From: Armatimonadota bacterium | Lineage (GTDB): Bacteria; Armatimonadota; UBA10988 | Length of the DNA: 64,000 nt | Reading direction: 5' to 3' | Assembly (NCBI GenBank): GCA_016235455.1 | Contig: JACRKZ010000026.1 | Span: 1 to 64,000 of the forward strand | Shown here: positions 26,355-35,159 of the stretch, piece by piece | Layout: each line of letters starts with the position of its first letter | How positions within the stretch are numbered: the stretch's first letter is position 1 | Made by a program: the position numbers and the translations under genes | Notes under the pieces: generated by a model | What the model was told of the DNA's origin: nothing | The model's input: only the letters and a program-made list of their open reading frames with translations | Databases searched by the model: none

Positions 26355-28568
26355 CTACCGCACCCCAACCGCCAGGTCCACCGCGCCCAGCCGCCGAAAG
26401 TCGTCCAGAGCGGCGCTCAGTCCCGGCAGGGCCGCCTCGGCCGAGACATCGTCGCCGCGCCACTCGGCGTTGGGCACGACCTGGTCGCCTTGGGGGATGA
26501 CCGCGCCCGTGCCAACCGCGGCATAGCGAGCGGTCTCGGCCGTGGCGCCGGCGGCGCGGGTCACGACGGGGCGCGTGTTGTAGAAACTCGGCGCCAGCAG
26601 ACAGAGCGACACCGACGAGGCGCCGCCAAAGCGCAGCGCCGCGTCCTTGGGTTCGATGTAGAACTGCGTGGGTCCGAGCGTGACTTGGCCGTGGTAGCCG
26701 CGCACGGTCAGTGCGACGCACTTCTCGGGGTCCGGGCTGGCGTTGAAGTGCACCTTGGGCGACGAGATGGTCACGCGGCCCGCGGGATCGCCCGCCTGGC
26801 CCTCCAGCACGAAGCCGCTCTCGCTCTGCTCCACGTAGAAGTCGCTCATCACCACGCTCTGGCTGTCGCGGACGTACAGCACGTGCGAGACCAGCGTGGC
26901 CAGCCGCGTCTGATAGCCGATCAGGCCGTCACGGGGCGTGGCCTTGCCTTCCACGGTGATCGAGCCCTCGTAGCTCACCTTGCCCAGGATGGTCGCGCGC
27001 GCGCAGTCCACCAGGCGCTGGTTGCCCTGCACATGCGGCATGACGACGGTCGCCTCCGGTCCCAGGCCGCGCAGCACCAGTCCCTTGCGGAACGGCTGCT
27101 TCTGGTACATGCCGAAGACATACACGCCGTCGTAGGTCATGCGCGAGGGTGCGCCCGTGCCGGTCTGCTCGATGTCGATGCCGTTGTTCATCGCTCCGGC
27201 GTCATGGCTGCCGACGTTCAGATGCTCCAGCACCAGTCGCTGGGGGTCCTTCACGCTGATCATCGTGCCGCCTTCGGCGCCGCGCCAGACCAGCCGGGTG
27301 CACCAGCCCGAGCCACCGACCGCGTAGTCGGCGCCGGTCATGTTCAGCGTCTGCGAGACGATGTACGTGCCGCTCGGCAGATAGGCCAGTGCGTGCCGGC
27401 CCTCGGCGCGCGCGGCGTCGATGGCCCGAGCGATGGCCGCCGTGTCGTCGGTCTGGCCGTCGCCCTTGGCGCCGAAGTCGGCCTTGGCGTCAAACACGCG
27501 GCCCAGGGGCGGCGCCTGATCGCTGATGAAGCGCTGGTCGGCGCTCTTGAGATTGCCCTGTCGCGAGCCGGCGGGTATCTCGTGCAGCCGCGCCTGGCCG
27601 TTGGTCAGGGCGCCGGCGTCGACGGTGTTGCCAGACACCACCAACTGCTGGCCACCGCGGGTCTGGACCGGCACCGAGCCGGCGGGGCCCCGGGTGAAGG
27701 CGCAGTCGAACATCAGCGCCGGCGCGCCGAACAGCCGCACAGCACCATCGGTGGCCGTCCAGCCCTGGACACGGCAGTCCTCCAGCGTCATCGGCGCCAC
27801 GCCGTTACCGAAGCTCAGGAAGCGCTTGGAGCCCACCGAGACCGTCCGCCGCACGGAGCTGCCGTGCTCCTGGCCGGCGCTGATGTCGACCTCGCGACTG
27901 CGCTCGAACCGGCAGTTGCGGATGTAGAAGTTGCCGTGGCTGCACGCCACGCCGGTCTCGCAGTCCTCCCACTGGCAGCGGTCGAATGTCCAGTCGTAAT
28001 CGTTGAACGCCGGCAGCACCGCGCCGCGCTTGCAGTCGGCAAAGTAGCAGTTCTCAAAGAGCGTCTCGGCGGTGGAGAACTTGGCCGCTGGTTCGCGCAG
28101 CACACCGGCATCGGTGAACCCGACGAAGGCCAGATACTGGTGACGCACCTCGGTCTCGAAACGGTGGTCCGAGGCGTGGCAGAACCCGACCGAGGCCTTG
28201 CCCTGGCCATCGAACACCAGCCCTACAAAACGCGAGTAGGCCACGCCATCGTCGACGAACAGCCGGCCACCGGGCTCGCCGGCCCACACCAGCCGCGTGT
28301 CGCGGCCGGCGCCCAGCAGCGTCACGCCGTGCAGCGGGCCGGTCAGCGTGAGCGTCTTGGTGACCCGGTAGGTGCCGGGCGGCAGGTAGAGCGTGGAGCC
28401 GTCGCGGATGCCGGCCAGGCCGGCCTGGATGGCCGCCGTGTCGTCGGCCACGCCGTCGGCGGTAGCCTTGACCGTGACCCAGTCACTCCGGGGCTGCCAG
28501 TTCAGGCGCGGGATGGGCACAGGGCCCGCGACGAGCAGGTTGGCACAGAGCAGCAGCGTAGGCAGCAT
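26355..28568 (-). CDS. Secreted protein with two right-handed beta-helix domains (Pectate_lyase_3/GH55-like)
   Basis: ADGVADDTAAIQA..LYLPPGTYRV and FGAKGDGQTDDTAAI..YLPSGTYIV; GGAGGG RBS. Confidence 0.85.
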   Translation of the reverse strand: MLPTLLLCANLLVAGPVPIPRLNWQPRSDWVTVKATADGVADDTAAIQAGLAGIRDGSTLYLPPGTYRVTKTLTLTGPLHGVTLLGAGRDTRLVWAGEPGGRLFVDDGVAYSRFVGLVFDGQGKASVGFCHASDHRFETEVRHQYLAFVGFTDAGVLREPAAKFSTAETLFENCYFADCKRGAVLPAFNDYDWTFDRCQWEDCETGVACSHGNFYIRNCRFERSREVDISAGQEHGSSVRRTVSVGSKRFLSFGNGVAPMTLEDCRVQGWTATDGAVRLFGAPALMFDCAFTRGPAGSVPVQTRGGQQLVVSGNTVDAGALTNGQARLHEIPAGSRQGNLKSADQRFISDQAPPLGRVFDAKADFGAKGDGQTDDTAAIARAIDAARAEGRHALAYLPSGTYIVSQTLNMTGADYAVGGSGWCTRLVWRGAEGGTMISVKDPQRLVLEHLNVGSHDAGAMNNGIDIEQTGTGAPSRMTYDGVYVFGMYQKQPFRKGLVLRGLGPEATVVMPHVQGNQRLVDCARATILGKVSYEGSITVEGKATPRDGLIGYQTRLATLVSHVLYVRDSQSVVMSDFYVEQSESGFVLEGQAGDPAGRVTISSPKVHFNASPDPEKCVALTVRGYHGQVTLGPTQFYIEPKDAALRFGGASSVSLCLLAPSFYNTRPVVTRAAGATAETARYAAVGTGAVIPQGDQVVPNAEWRGDDVSAEAALPGLSAALDDFRRLGAVDLAVGVR

Positions 28569-28587
28569 GGTCGCCCTCCATCCGAGG

Positions 28588-29895
28588 TCAGGGGTTGAGC
28601 CGGGTCTCGTACAGCCGCATCATGCTCGGCTCCGGCCAGGGCTCCGGCCGCGCCTGGTCGCGATTGGCCGGCAGCGTCTCCCAGCGCAGGGCGAAGCGCG
28701 AGCCAGGCTGCGTGCCATCGCGCCGCAGCCAGCGCGTCTGCAGGCCGGCGAAAGTCCCTTCGGGCTTGCCGAAGCGGTCCAGCACCCACGGTGTGCGCGG
28801 CTCGGGGGCACCGATGGGCCGCAGCGTGGCCTCGTCCAGCAGGTAGCTGCCGCCGCCCTTCTTGACGTTGGACCAGCTCTGCCGCAGCCTGCCGTCGGCG
28901 CCAAGCGTCACAGCGCCGATGCTCACCTCGAAGACGATGGTGCCGCCGCCGCCGAACTCCCAGCGGTAGTCCCAGTCGGTCGCCTGGTAGTGCTTCCAGC
29001 CACCGGCCTCGCGGCGGGCGTTGCAGATCTGGGTGAAGCCCTTGTCGTCGTACCGGTGGTAGCTGAGGATGACGCGTTTCTGACTGTCGAAGCCGATGCG
29101 TGTGTTGCCGTTGATGATGCCCCCATGCTCGGGCACCGGCGCGACGATCTCGCCGGTCGCGAGCTTGATGGGCAGCGTCAACGGCGTGCCGTCGCTCTTC
29201 TCCCAGTGCACCAGGTCGCGGCTGCGAGCGTACGTCAGGTCGTGGTTGGTGGCGCAGTCGCCCGTCTCGCGCCACACCCAGCAGAGATGCCAGAAGCCGT
29301 CCGGCCCCGGCTGCGGCCCGACGAAGTAGGCGTTGCGCAACCCTTCGCCGTCGGTCAGCGCCTGGTCCATCAGCCGGTGCCAGGTGTGCCGGGCCGGGTC
29401 CCAGACGTTGAAGATCTGGTCGCCGTTGCCGCTGGAGCCGTCGCGATAGGTGAAGATGAACTCGTTGGCGGGCCCGCGGAAGAAGCGCGGATAGGTGACC
29501 TTGGTCTCGCGCTCACCGGTCATGGGCGTGGCCGATTCGAAGGTGTCGATGTCGTAGGGTTTGCTGGTGCGGAAGTAGAGCAGCGGCTTGACGTGCATGT
29601 TGCCGCTCAGGTGTAGCAGCCCCTCGTCGTCCGCGGCGAGCGTCACGTAGTTGTGGCTGTCCCAGCCGAGCTTGCTCGGCAGCCGTACGAAGTGCCACGC
29701 CGTCTCCGTCAGCCGACGGCTAGCCACGGTCATCTGCCGGTCGGCATCGTAGTAGGCGACGAACTGCCACTCGCCCGCGCAGAGCAGATCGAAGCCCACG
29801 CTATGCCCGGCCCAGACCGGTCCGATGTCCAGCGTGCGGACCAGCGTTTCAGCCGGCTCGGCAGCCATCAGCGACGCCCACAGCAGCAGTGTCAT
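28588..29895 (-). CDS. BNR-4 repeat (beta-propeller) protein, copy A
   Basis: WDSHNY, HLSGNMH, TYPRFF, YRDGSSGNG, NHDLTYARSRDLVHWE; GAGGAG RBS. Confidence 0.85.
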   Translation of the reverse strand: MTLLLWASLMAAEPAETLVRTLDIGPVWAGHSVGFDLLCAGEWQFVAYYDADRQMTVASRRLTETAWHFVRLPSKLGWDSHNYVTLAADDEGLLHLSGNMHVKPLLYFRTSKPYDIDTFESATPMTGERETKVTYPRFFRGPANEFIFTYRDGSSGNGDQIFNVWDPARHTWHRLMDQALTDGEGLRNAYFVGPQPGPDGFWHLCWVWRETGDCATNHDLTYARSRDLVHWEKSDGTPLTLPIKLATGEIVAPVPEHGGIINGNTRIGFDSQKRVILSYHRYDDKGFTQICNARREAGGWKHYQATDWDYRWEFGGGGTIVFEVSIGAVTLGADGRLRQSWSNVKKGGGSYLLDEATLRPIGAPEPRTPWVLDRFGKPEGTFAGLQTRWLRRDGTQPGSRFALRWETLPANRDQARPEPWPEPSMMRLYETRLNP

Positions 29896-29912
29896 CAGCG
29901 CTCCTCACTACC

Positions 29913-31253
29913 TCACCACAGAGACGACGCGGCGCGCCCATGGTTGCGCACCGGCGCCGTGCCCAACTCGTACAGCCGCAACATGCTCGGACCCGGCCAG
30001 GGCTGTGGCCGCGGCTGATCGCGATTGGCCGGCAGGGTCTCCCAGCGCAGGCCGTAGCGCGTGCCATCGCCCGACCCGTCACGCATCAGCCAGCGGACAA
30101 CCAGGCCGGGAAACGTGCCCTCCACCCGGCTGTACGCATCGAGCGGCGAGCGCTGCGGGGGCATCAGGCCGATTGGCCGCAGCGTCGTCTCGTCCAGCCG
30201 CCACACACCGGTGCCCTTCTTGGCGTGCCAGTAGCCCTGACGCAGCGTGCCGTCCGGCGCGGTCGACACACCCGTTATGCGCAGTTCGCCAAGCAAGCTA
30301 CCGCCGCCGGAGAAGTCCCACCGGTAGTCCCAGTCGCTGGCCTGCTCATGGTGCCAGCCGTCGGACTCGCGGCGAGCGTTGTAGACCTGGGTGAAGCCTT
30401 TAGCGTCGAAACGATGGTAGCTGAGCACCACGCGGCCGTGATGGTCGAAGCCGATGCGGATGTTGGAGTTGATCATGCCGCCATGCACCGGCACGGGCGC
30501 CACGATCTCGCCGGTCGAGAGCTTGATGGGCAGCACCAGCGGCGTGCCGTCGCTCTTCTCCCAGTGCACCAGGTCGCGGCTGCGGGCATACGAGAGATCG
30601 TGGTTGGTGGCGGCATCGCCCGTCTCGCGCCAGACCCAGGCCAGATGCCACCAACCGTCAGGCCCGCGCGTCGGGCCGTTGAGATAGGCGTTGCGCTGCC
30701 CTTCGCCGTCCGTCAGCGGTTGGTCGAGCAGTCGGCGCCAGGTGTGCGTGCCACCGCTCCACACGTTGTAGATCTGGTCGCCGTTGCCGCTGTAGCCGTC
30801 CCGGTAGGCGAAGATCAGTTCGCCGCTGGGTCCGCGGAAGAACTCGGGATAAGTGGCCCGGCTCTCGCGGGCACCGACCATCGGTGTGGCCCGCTGGAAG
30901 GTGTCGATGTCGTACGGGCGCGTCGTCCGGAAGTAGATCAGCGGCACGGCGTGCATGTTGCCGCTCAGATGCACCAGGCCCTCGTCGTCGAGGGCCAGCG
31001 CCAGGTAGTTGTGGCTGTCCCAGCCGGTGCGGCTCGGCAGTCGCACTAAGTGCCACTGGCGGTCATCGAGCCGGCGCGCGCCCACGGTCATCTGCCGTTG
31101 CGCGTCGTAGAAAGCCACGAATTGGCGGTCGCCCCGAGTGACCAGGTCAAACGCCGCATAGTGGCCCGCCCACACGGGAGCGATGTCGACCGTGCGGACG
31201 ACCGTCTCGTTCGGCCCGGAGTAGAGCAAGGCAAGCAGCATGGCCAGCGTCAT
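29913..31253 (-). CDS. BNR-4 repeat (beta-propeller) protein, copy B
   Basis: Same motifs as copy A (WDSHNY, HLSGNMH, TYPEFF, NHDLSYARSRDLVHWE); GGGGAGG RBS. Confidence 0.85.
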   Translation of the reverse strand: MTLAMLLALLYSGPNETVVRTVDIAPVWAGHYAAFDLVTRGDRQFVAFYDAQRQMTVGARRLDDRQWHLVRLPSRTGWDSHNYLALALDDEGLVHLSGNMHAVPLIYFRTTRPYDIDTFQRATPMVGARESRATYPEFFRGPSGELIFAYRDGYSGNGDQIYNVWSGGTHTWRRLLDQPLTDGEGQRNAYLNGPTRGPDGWWHLAWVWRETGDAATNHDLSYARSRDLVHWEKSDGTPLVLPIKLSTGEIVAPVPVHGGMINSNIRIGFDHHGRVVLSYHRFDAKGFTQVYNARRESDGWHHEQASDWDYRWDFSGGGSLLGELRITGVSTAPDGTLRQGYWHAKKGTGVWRLDETTLRPIGLMPPQRSPLDAYSRVEGTFPGLVVRWLMRDGSGDGTRYGLRWETLPANRDQPRPQPWPGPSMLRLYELGTAPVRNHGRAASSLW

Positions 31254-31277
31254 GGCCCCTCCCCTACCGCGATGCCG

Positions 31278-33344
31278 TCACGCTTCCGGCGTCACGGTCA
31301 TCATCATCACGTCCTGCGCACTGATCGCCGCCTCGCCCGGCGCCGGCCGCACGCGGGTCCACTGGCCGTCGCTGCCCAGTGTCCAGGCCGCCGCCGTGTC
31401 GCTAAGGTAGAGCTGCAGCAGCGCCACGAGTTCCGAGCGCAAGCGGTCGTCGTCGATGGGCACCAGCGCCTCGATGCGGCTGTCCAGGTTACGGTACATC
31501 CAGTCGGCCGAGCCGATGAACAGCTTGTCGTCGCCGCCGTTGCCAAAGCGGAACACGCGCTGGTGTTCCAGGAAGTCGCCCAGCACGCTGCGCACGCGGA
31601 TGTTCTCGCTGGCGCCGGGCACGCCCGGCCGCAGCCCGCACTCGCGCCGGATGATCATGTCGATCTGCACGCCGGCGCAACTGGCGCGGTACAGCGCCTC
31701 GATCAGCGGCACATCGGCCAGCGCGTTCATCATGGCCACGATGCGGCCACCACGACCGGCGCGCTGGTGCGCTATCTCGGCCTCGATGAGCCCCAGCAGG
31801 TGCTCGCGCATGGCTTGCGGCGCCACCACCAGCTTGTGGTAGCTCGGCGCATAGGCATACCCCGAGAGGAAGTTAAACAGCTCCATCACGTCGCGGCCCA
31901 GCTCACGCCGCGTCGTGAACAGGCTCAGGTCGGTGTACGACTTGGCCGTGGTGGCGTTGTAGTCGCCAGTGCCGAAGTGGATGTAGGTGCGCAGGCCGTC
32001 GTCCTCTTCGCGCACCACCAGGGTGATGCGCGTGTGCGTCTTGTAGCCCACGAAGCCGTAGCTGGTGTGGATGCCCGACTGCTCCAGGCGCTGCGCCCAG
32101 GCAATGTTGGCCGCCTCGTCGAGGCGCGCCTTGAGCTCGAGCAACGCCATGACCTCCTTGCCGGCCTCGGCGGCGTCGATCAGCGCGCTCAGCGTCTCGG
32201 ACGCCACGGTGGTGCGGTACAGGCTCTGCTTGACCGCGCGCACCTTGGGGTCGGTGGCCGCGGCCTGCACGAACGCGACCACCGTGCGGTCGTAGTCGTG
32301 GTACGGATGGTGGACCAGCACGTCACGCTCGCGGATGGCGCCGAACAGCGCCTCCGGGTCGCCCCCGACGGGCAGGTCGGGATGCGGCTGGCCAACCCAG
32401 GGCGGTCGCGTCGAAGTCAGGTCGGCCAGGCCGGGCAGCGCGCCCAGATCGACCAGCGCCAGTGGGCCGGCCCAGTCGTAGAAGTCATCCTGCTCGACCT
32501 TGAGCTCCTCGGCCAGGAGTGTGCGCGTGTCGACGGGCATGCGCTCGTCGACCTCGACCCGCACCACCGGCGCGAACCGCCGGTCGCGCAGCACCTCCTG
32601 GGCGAAGTCCATGAGGTCCTCGCCGTCCTCTTCCTCGCGCGGCACATCGACGCTGCGGGTCACGCGGAACGGATAGCAGCCGGAGATGGCCATGCCGCGG
32701 AAGAGGTGCTTGAGGTGCGCGCCGATGACCTCTTCCAAGGCCACAACGCCCGAGCCGTCGGGCAGCTGCAGCCAGCGTGGCTGGTTGGCCGGCACCTTGA
32801 CCCGCGCGAACAGCGGTGCATCGTCCTTGGGGTCCACCACCACCGCCAGCGACAGGCTGAGGTTGCTGATGTAGGGGAAAGGCCGGCCGGGATCGACGGC
32901 CAGCGGTGTGAGCACGGGAAAGACCTGGTCCAGGAAGTGGCGGCTGAGCCACTGCTTGGTGGTGCTATCGAGGTCGGCGAAGCTCGTCACCGCCAGGCCT
33001 TCGCTGGCCAGCCGCGGCTGCAGGCAGTCACGCCACAACGCCGCCTGCGTGGCCATCATCTCACGGACAATGACCCCGACCTCGACCAGTTCCTCGGCCG
33101 GCGTGTGCGGCCAGGGCCCGTCGTCGGGGATGCCTAGCTCCGCTTCGCGGCGCAACGCGTCCACCCGCTTCATGAAGAACCCGTCCAGGTTCTCCGCCGA
33201 CAGCACCAGGAACCGCAGGCGCTCGGCCACCGGCCGCTTCTCGTCCTGCGCCAGCTCCAGCACGCGGCGGTTGAACTCCAGCCACGACAATTGCCGGCTG
33301 ATGAACAGGTCCGAGGGAGTATCGTCGATCCGCGGTCCGACCAT
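31278..33344 (-). CDS. ppk1: Polyphosphate kinase 1 (divergent)
   Basis: LSWLEFNRRVL, PFPYISNLSL, HHPY, LYRT, ELKAR, KTH, FLEH, SADWMYRNLDSRIE. Confidence 0.9.
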   Translation of the reverse strand: MVGPRIDDTPSDLFISRQLSWLEFNRRVLELAQDEKRPVAERLRFLVLSAENLDGFFMKRVDALRREAELGIPDDGPWPHTPAEELVEVGVIVREMMATQAALWRDCLQPRLASEGLAVTSFADLDSTTKQWLSRHFLDQVFPVLTPLAVDPGRPFPYISNLSLSLAVVVDPKDDAPLFARVKVPANQPRWLQLPDGSGVVALEEVIGAHLKHLFRGMAISGCYPFRVTRSVDVPREEEDGEDLMDFAQEVLRDRRFAPVVRVEVDERMPVDTRTLLAEELKVEQDDFYDWAGPLALVDLGALPGLADLTSTRPPWVGQPHPDLPVGGDPEALFGAIRERDVLVHHPYHDYDRTVVAFVQAAATDPKVRAVKQSLYRTTVASETLSALIDAAEAGKEVMALLELKARLDEAANIAWAQRLEQSGIHTSYGFVGYKTHTRITLVVREEDDGLRTYIHFGTGDYNATTAKSYTDLSLFTTRRELGRDVMELFNFLSGYAYAPSYHKLVVAPQAMREHLLGLIEAEIAHQRAGRGGRIVAMMNALADVPLIEALYRASCAGVQIDMIIRRECGLRPGVPGASENIRVRSVLGDFLEHQRVFRFGNGGDDKLFIGSADWMYRNLDSRIEALVPIDDDRLRSELVALLQLYLSDTAAAWTLGSDGQWTRVRPAPGEAAISAQDVMMMTVTPEA

Positions 33345-33466
33345 GCACAACGCTCCAGGACGACCGTCGGCCGCCTCAATCTAGAATGAGACACATCATG
33401 GCACATCGCGCGCCGAGAAGGAAGGGCAGCGTCGGTGGCCAAGCCGACCGCCGGAGTGGTCCTGTC

Positions 33467-33715
33467 ATGACGACGTGTCCCACGGGCACCTGGCCCGGGC
33501 GTGGGTTCTGCCGGGCGCTGGTGCTGCTAGTGGCCTTGGCGGCTCTGGTGCCGGCCATGGCTTCGCTGTTCCTGTTGTCCGCGGGCGCCGCGGTTGTCAG
33601 CCTGGTGACCCGCCAGCCGCCCGCCGAGCCGTGGTATCCCGTGCTCATCTGGATGCGCCATCTGCGCGCCGTGCTCGACCTGGGCACGTGGCTCGAAGGC
33701 CAGGTCAGGCGTTAG
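33467..33715 (+). CDS. Small putative membrane protein
   Basis: 82-aa ORF filling the gap, GGAG upstream, long hydrophobic stretch ALVLLVALAALVPAMASLFLLSAGAAVVSLV. Confidence 0.45.
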   Translation: MTTCPTGTWPGRGFCRALVLLVALAALVPAMASLFLLSAGAAVVSLVTRQPPAEPWYPVLIWMRHLRAVLDLGTWLEGQVRR

Positions 33716-33792
33716 GAGCAGCGACGAACAGGTCGGCTCCGTGGTGGCAGGCCTGCAACACCTGCGCCTGCCCGCCGACACCAGCGCAGCAA

Positions 33793-35109
33793 TCAGCCAC
33801 CGCGTGGCAGAGCGCTCACGACGACCATCACCGGGTCCGACGTGCGCACCGTGCCCACGGCGTCGGTGCCGAGCACGGAGAACACGTGGTAGCCGGGCGT
33901 CAGCTTGGGGGCGGTTACCTGTATCGGCCCGGCCGTCACCTCGCCCAGCCGCCGTGCGCCGTCATAGAACTCGATCGTCCGCCAGTTGGGGAACCGGCTG
34001 GCATCCGCGGCGACGGTCACATCGGTGCCTGGATCCACCACCGCCGTGCCCGGTCCGCAAGGCGCCGGCGAGGTGATCGCCAACGGCTGGTCATAGGTGG
34101 CGTAGGCGCGGTAGATGAAGGCCAGATCCTCGGTCTGCAGCCAACTCGACCGGCCGATGTCGCCGGTGAAGCCGCGGACCGGGGTGATCTTGGTGAGGCC
34201 ACTGCGCCAGGTGGTGTGATCGGCGACCCAGCCGTCGTCGTAGTTCGCGGGCAGCAACGCGACCGGCCCTCGGGTCGGGTCGCCGGCCGCCGGGTAGCGC
34301 GTGCGCACGGCCAGATCGAGCAGCGGCACGGCCAGCACATCCTGTCGATTGTCGTCGCAGCCGTGGCCGATGCCGCGCCGTTCCAGCCACGCCAGTTGAC
34401 CGCCCCGCGGACGATTGGGCAGGAACACCTCGTCGACTTTGTAGCGACCGTCCACGGCCGCGCTGTTGAGCTGTTCCTGCTCGCCGGTGATGAGCACCGA
34501 CGGAATGCCCAGCACGCTGGCGGGCGCGGGCTTGGCGATGTGGTCGAAGTTGTAGCGTGCGCCCAGGATGGCCGCAGCGATGGTGCGGTCGGGATCCAAG
34601 GTCATCAGCGTGCTGGCGAACCCGCCGCCGGCCGAGAAGCCGATGGCCACGTAGGGCGCATTGACCAACTCGGGATGCCGGGCCGCCACGCCGACCGCGT
34701 CGAGGCAACGGCGGAAGGCCTGGAAGGCGGCGGCATGGGGGATGTCGCCGGCCGAGGCCACCAGGGCGAAACCGTGCAGGTGCATGAACTCGCGGTAGTA
34801 GTGGCAGAAGGTCCAGTCACCGCGTGAATCGCCGCCACCGTAGTTGCAGTTGACCAGCAGCCCGCGCACGGTGCGCAAGCCGTCGGGGATGACCACGCGG
34901 AAGGTCTTGGGCTTGCTGGCAGGATCGGCGCAGTCGTAGACCGCATAGTTGCGGCCGCCCGCGGTGACGGCCGAGAAGGTCACGGCAAGAGCCGGCGGGG
35001 TGGCCCCTGGCGGGGCGTCGTCGGGTGACGCGCCAGAGGCATGTCCAACGACAGCGACCAGGGCCAGCAGTGCCGTTGCGAACGGCGCGAGAGGCGTGAG
35101 TGCGCGCAT
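33793..35109 (-). CDS. Secreted alpha/beta-hydrolase-fold protein with a C-terminal Ig-like domain
   Basis: GAGGAG RBS; Sec signal; nucleophile elbow IGFSAGG; GIGH; C-terminal IEFYDGARRLGE..LTPGYHVFSV..TSDPVMVVV. Confidence 0.75.
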   Translation of the reverse strand: MRALTPLAPFATALLALVAVVGHASGASPDDAPPGATPPALAVTFSAVTAGGRNYAVYDCADPASKPKTFRVVIPDGLRTVRGLLVNCNYGGGDSRGDWTFCHYYREFMHLHGFALVASAGDIPHAAAFQAFRRCLDAVGVAARHPELVNAPYVAIGFSAGGGFASTLMTLDPDRTIAAAILGARYNFDHIAKPAPASVLGIPSVLITGEQEQLNSAAVDGRYKVDEVFLPNRPRGGQLAWLERRGIGHGCDDNRQDVLAVPLLDLAVRTRYPAAGDPTRGPVALLPANYDDGWVADHTTWRSGLTKITPVRGFTGDIGRSSWLQTEDLAFIYRAYATYDQPLAITSPAPCGPGTAVVDPGTDVTVAADASRFPNWRTIEFYDGARRLGEVTAGPIQVTAPKLTPGYHVFSVLGTDAVGTVRTSDPVMVVVSALPRGG

Positions 35110-35159
35110 GGCGATACTCCTCGCGTTGACTGGGCCTAAGGGCCGGCCGGGTGGCTTAC

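Noticed and set aside
26349-33137. Long opposite-strand ORFs (e.g. 26349-28598 +, 31050-33137 +, also 17602-19473 - and 3602-5101 -)
   Set aside because: Antisense shadows of high-GC genes. They mirror real genes, have no motifs or RBS, and are rich in Arg/Gly/Ala/Val/His.
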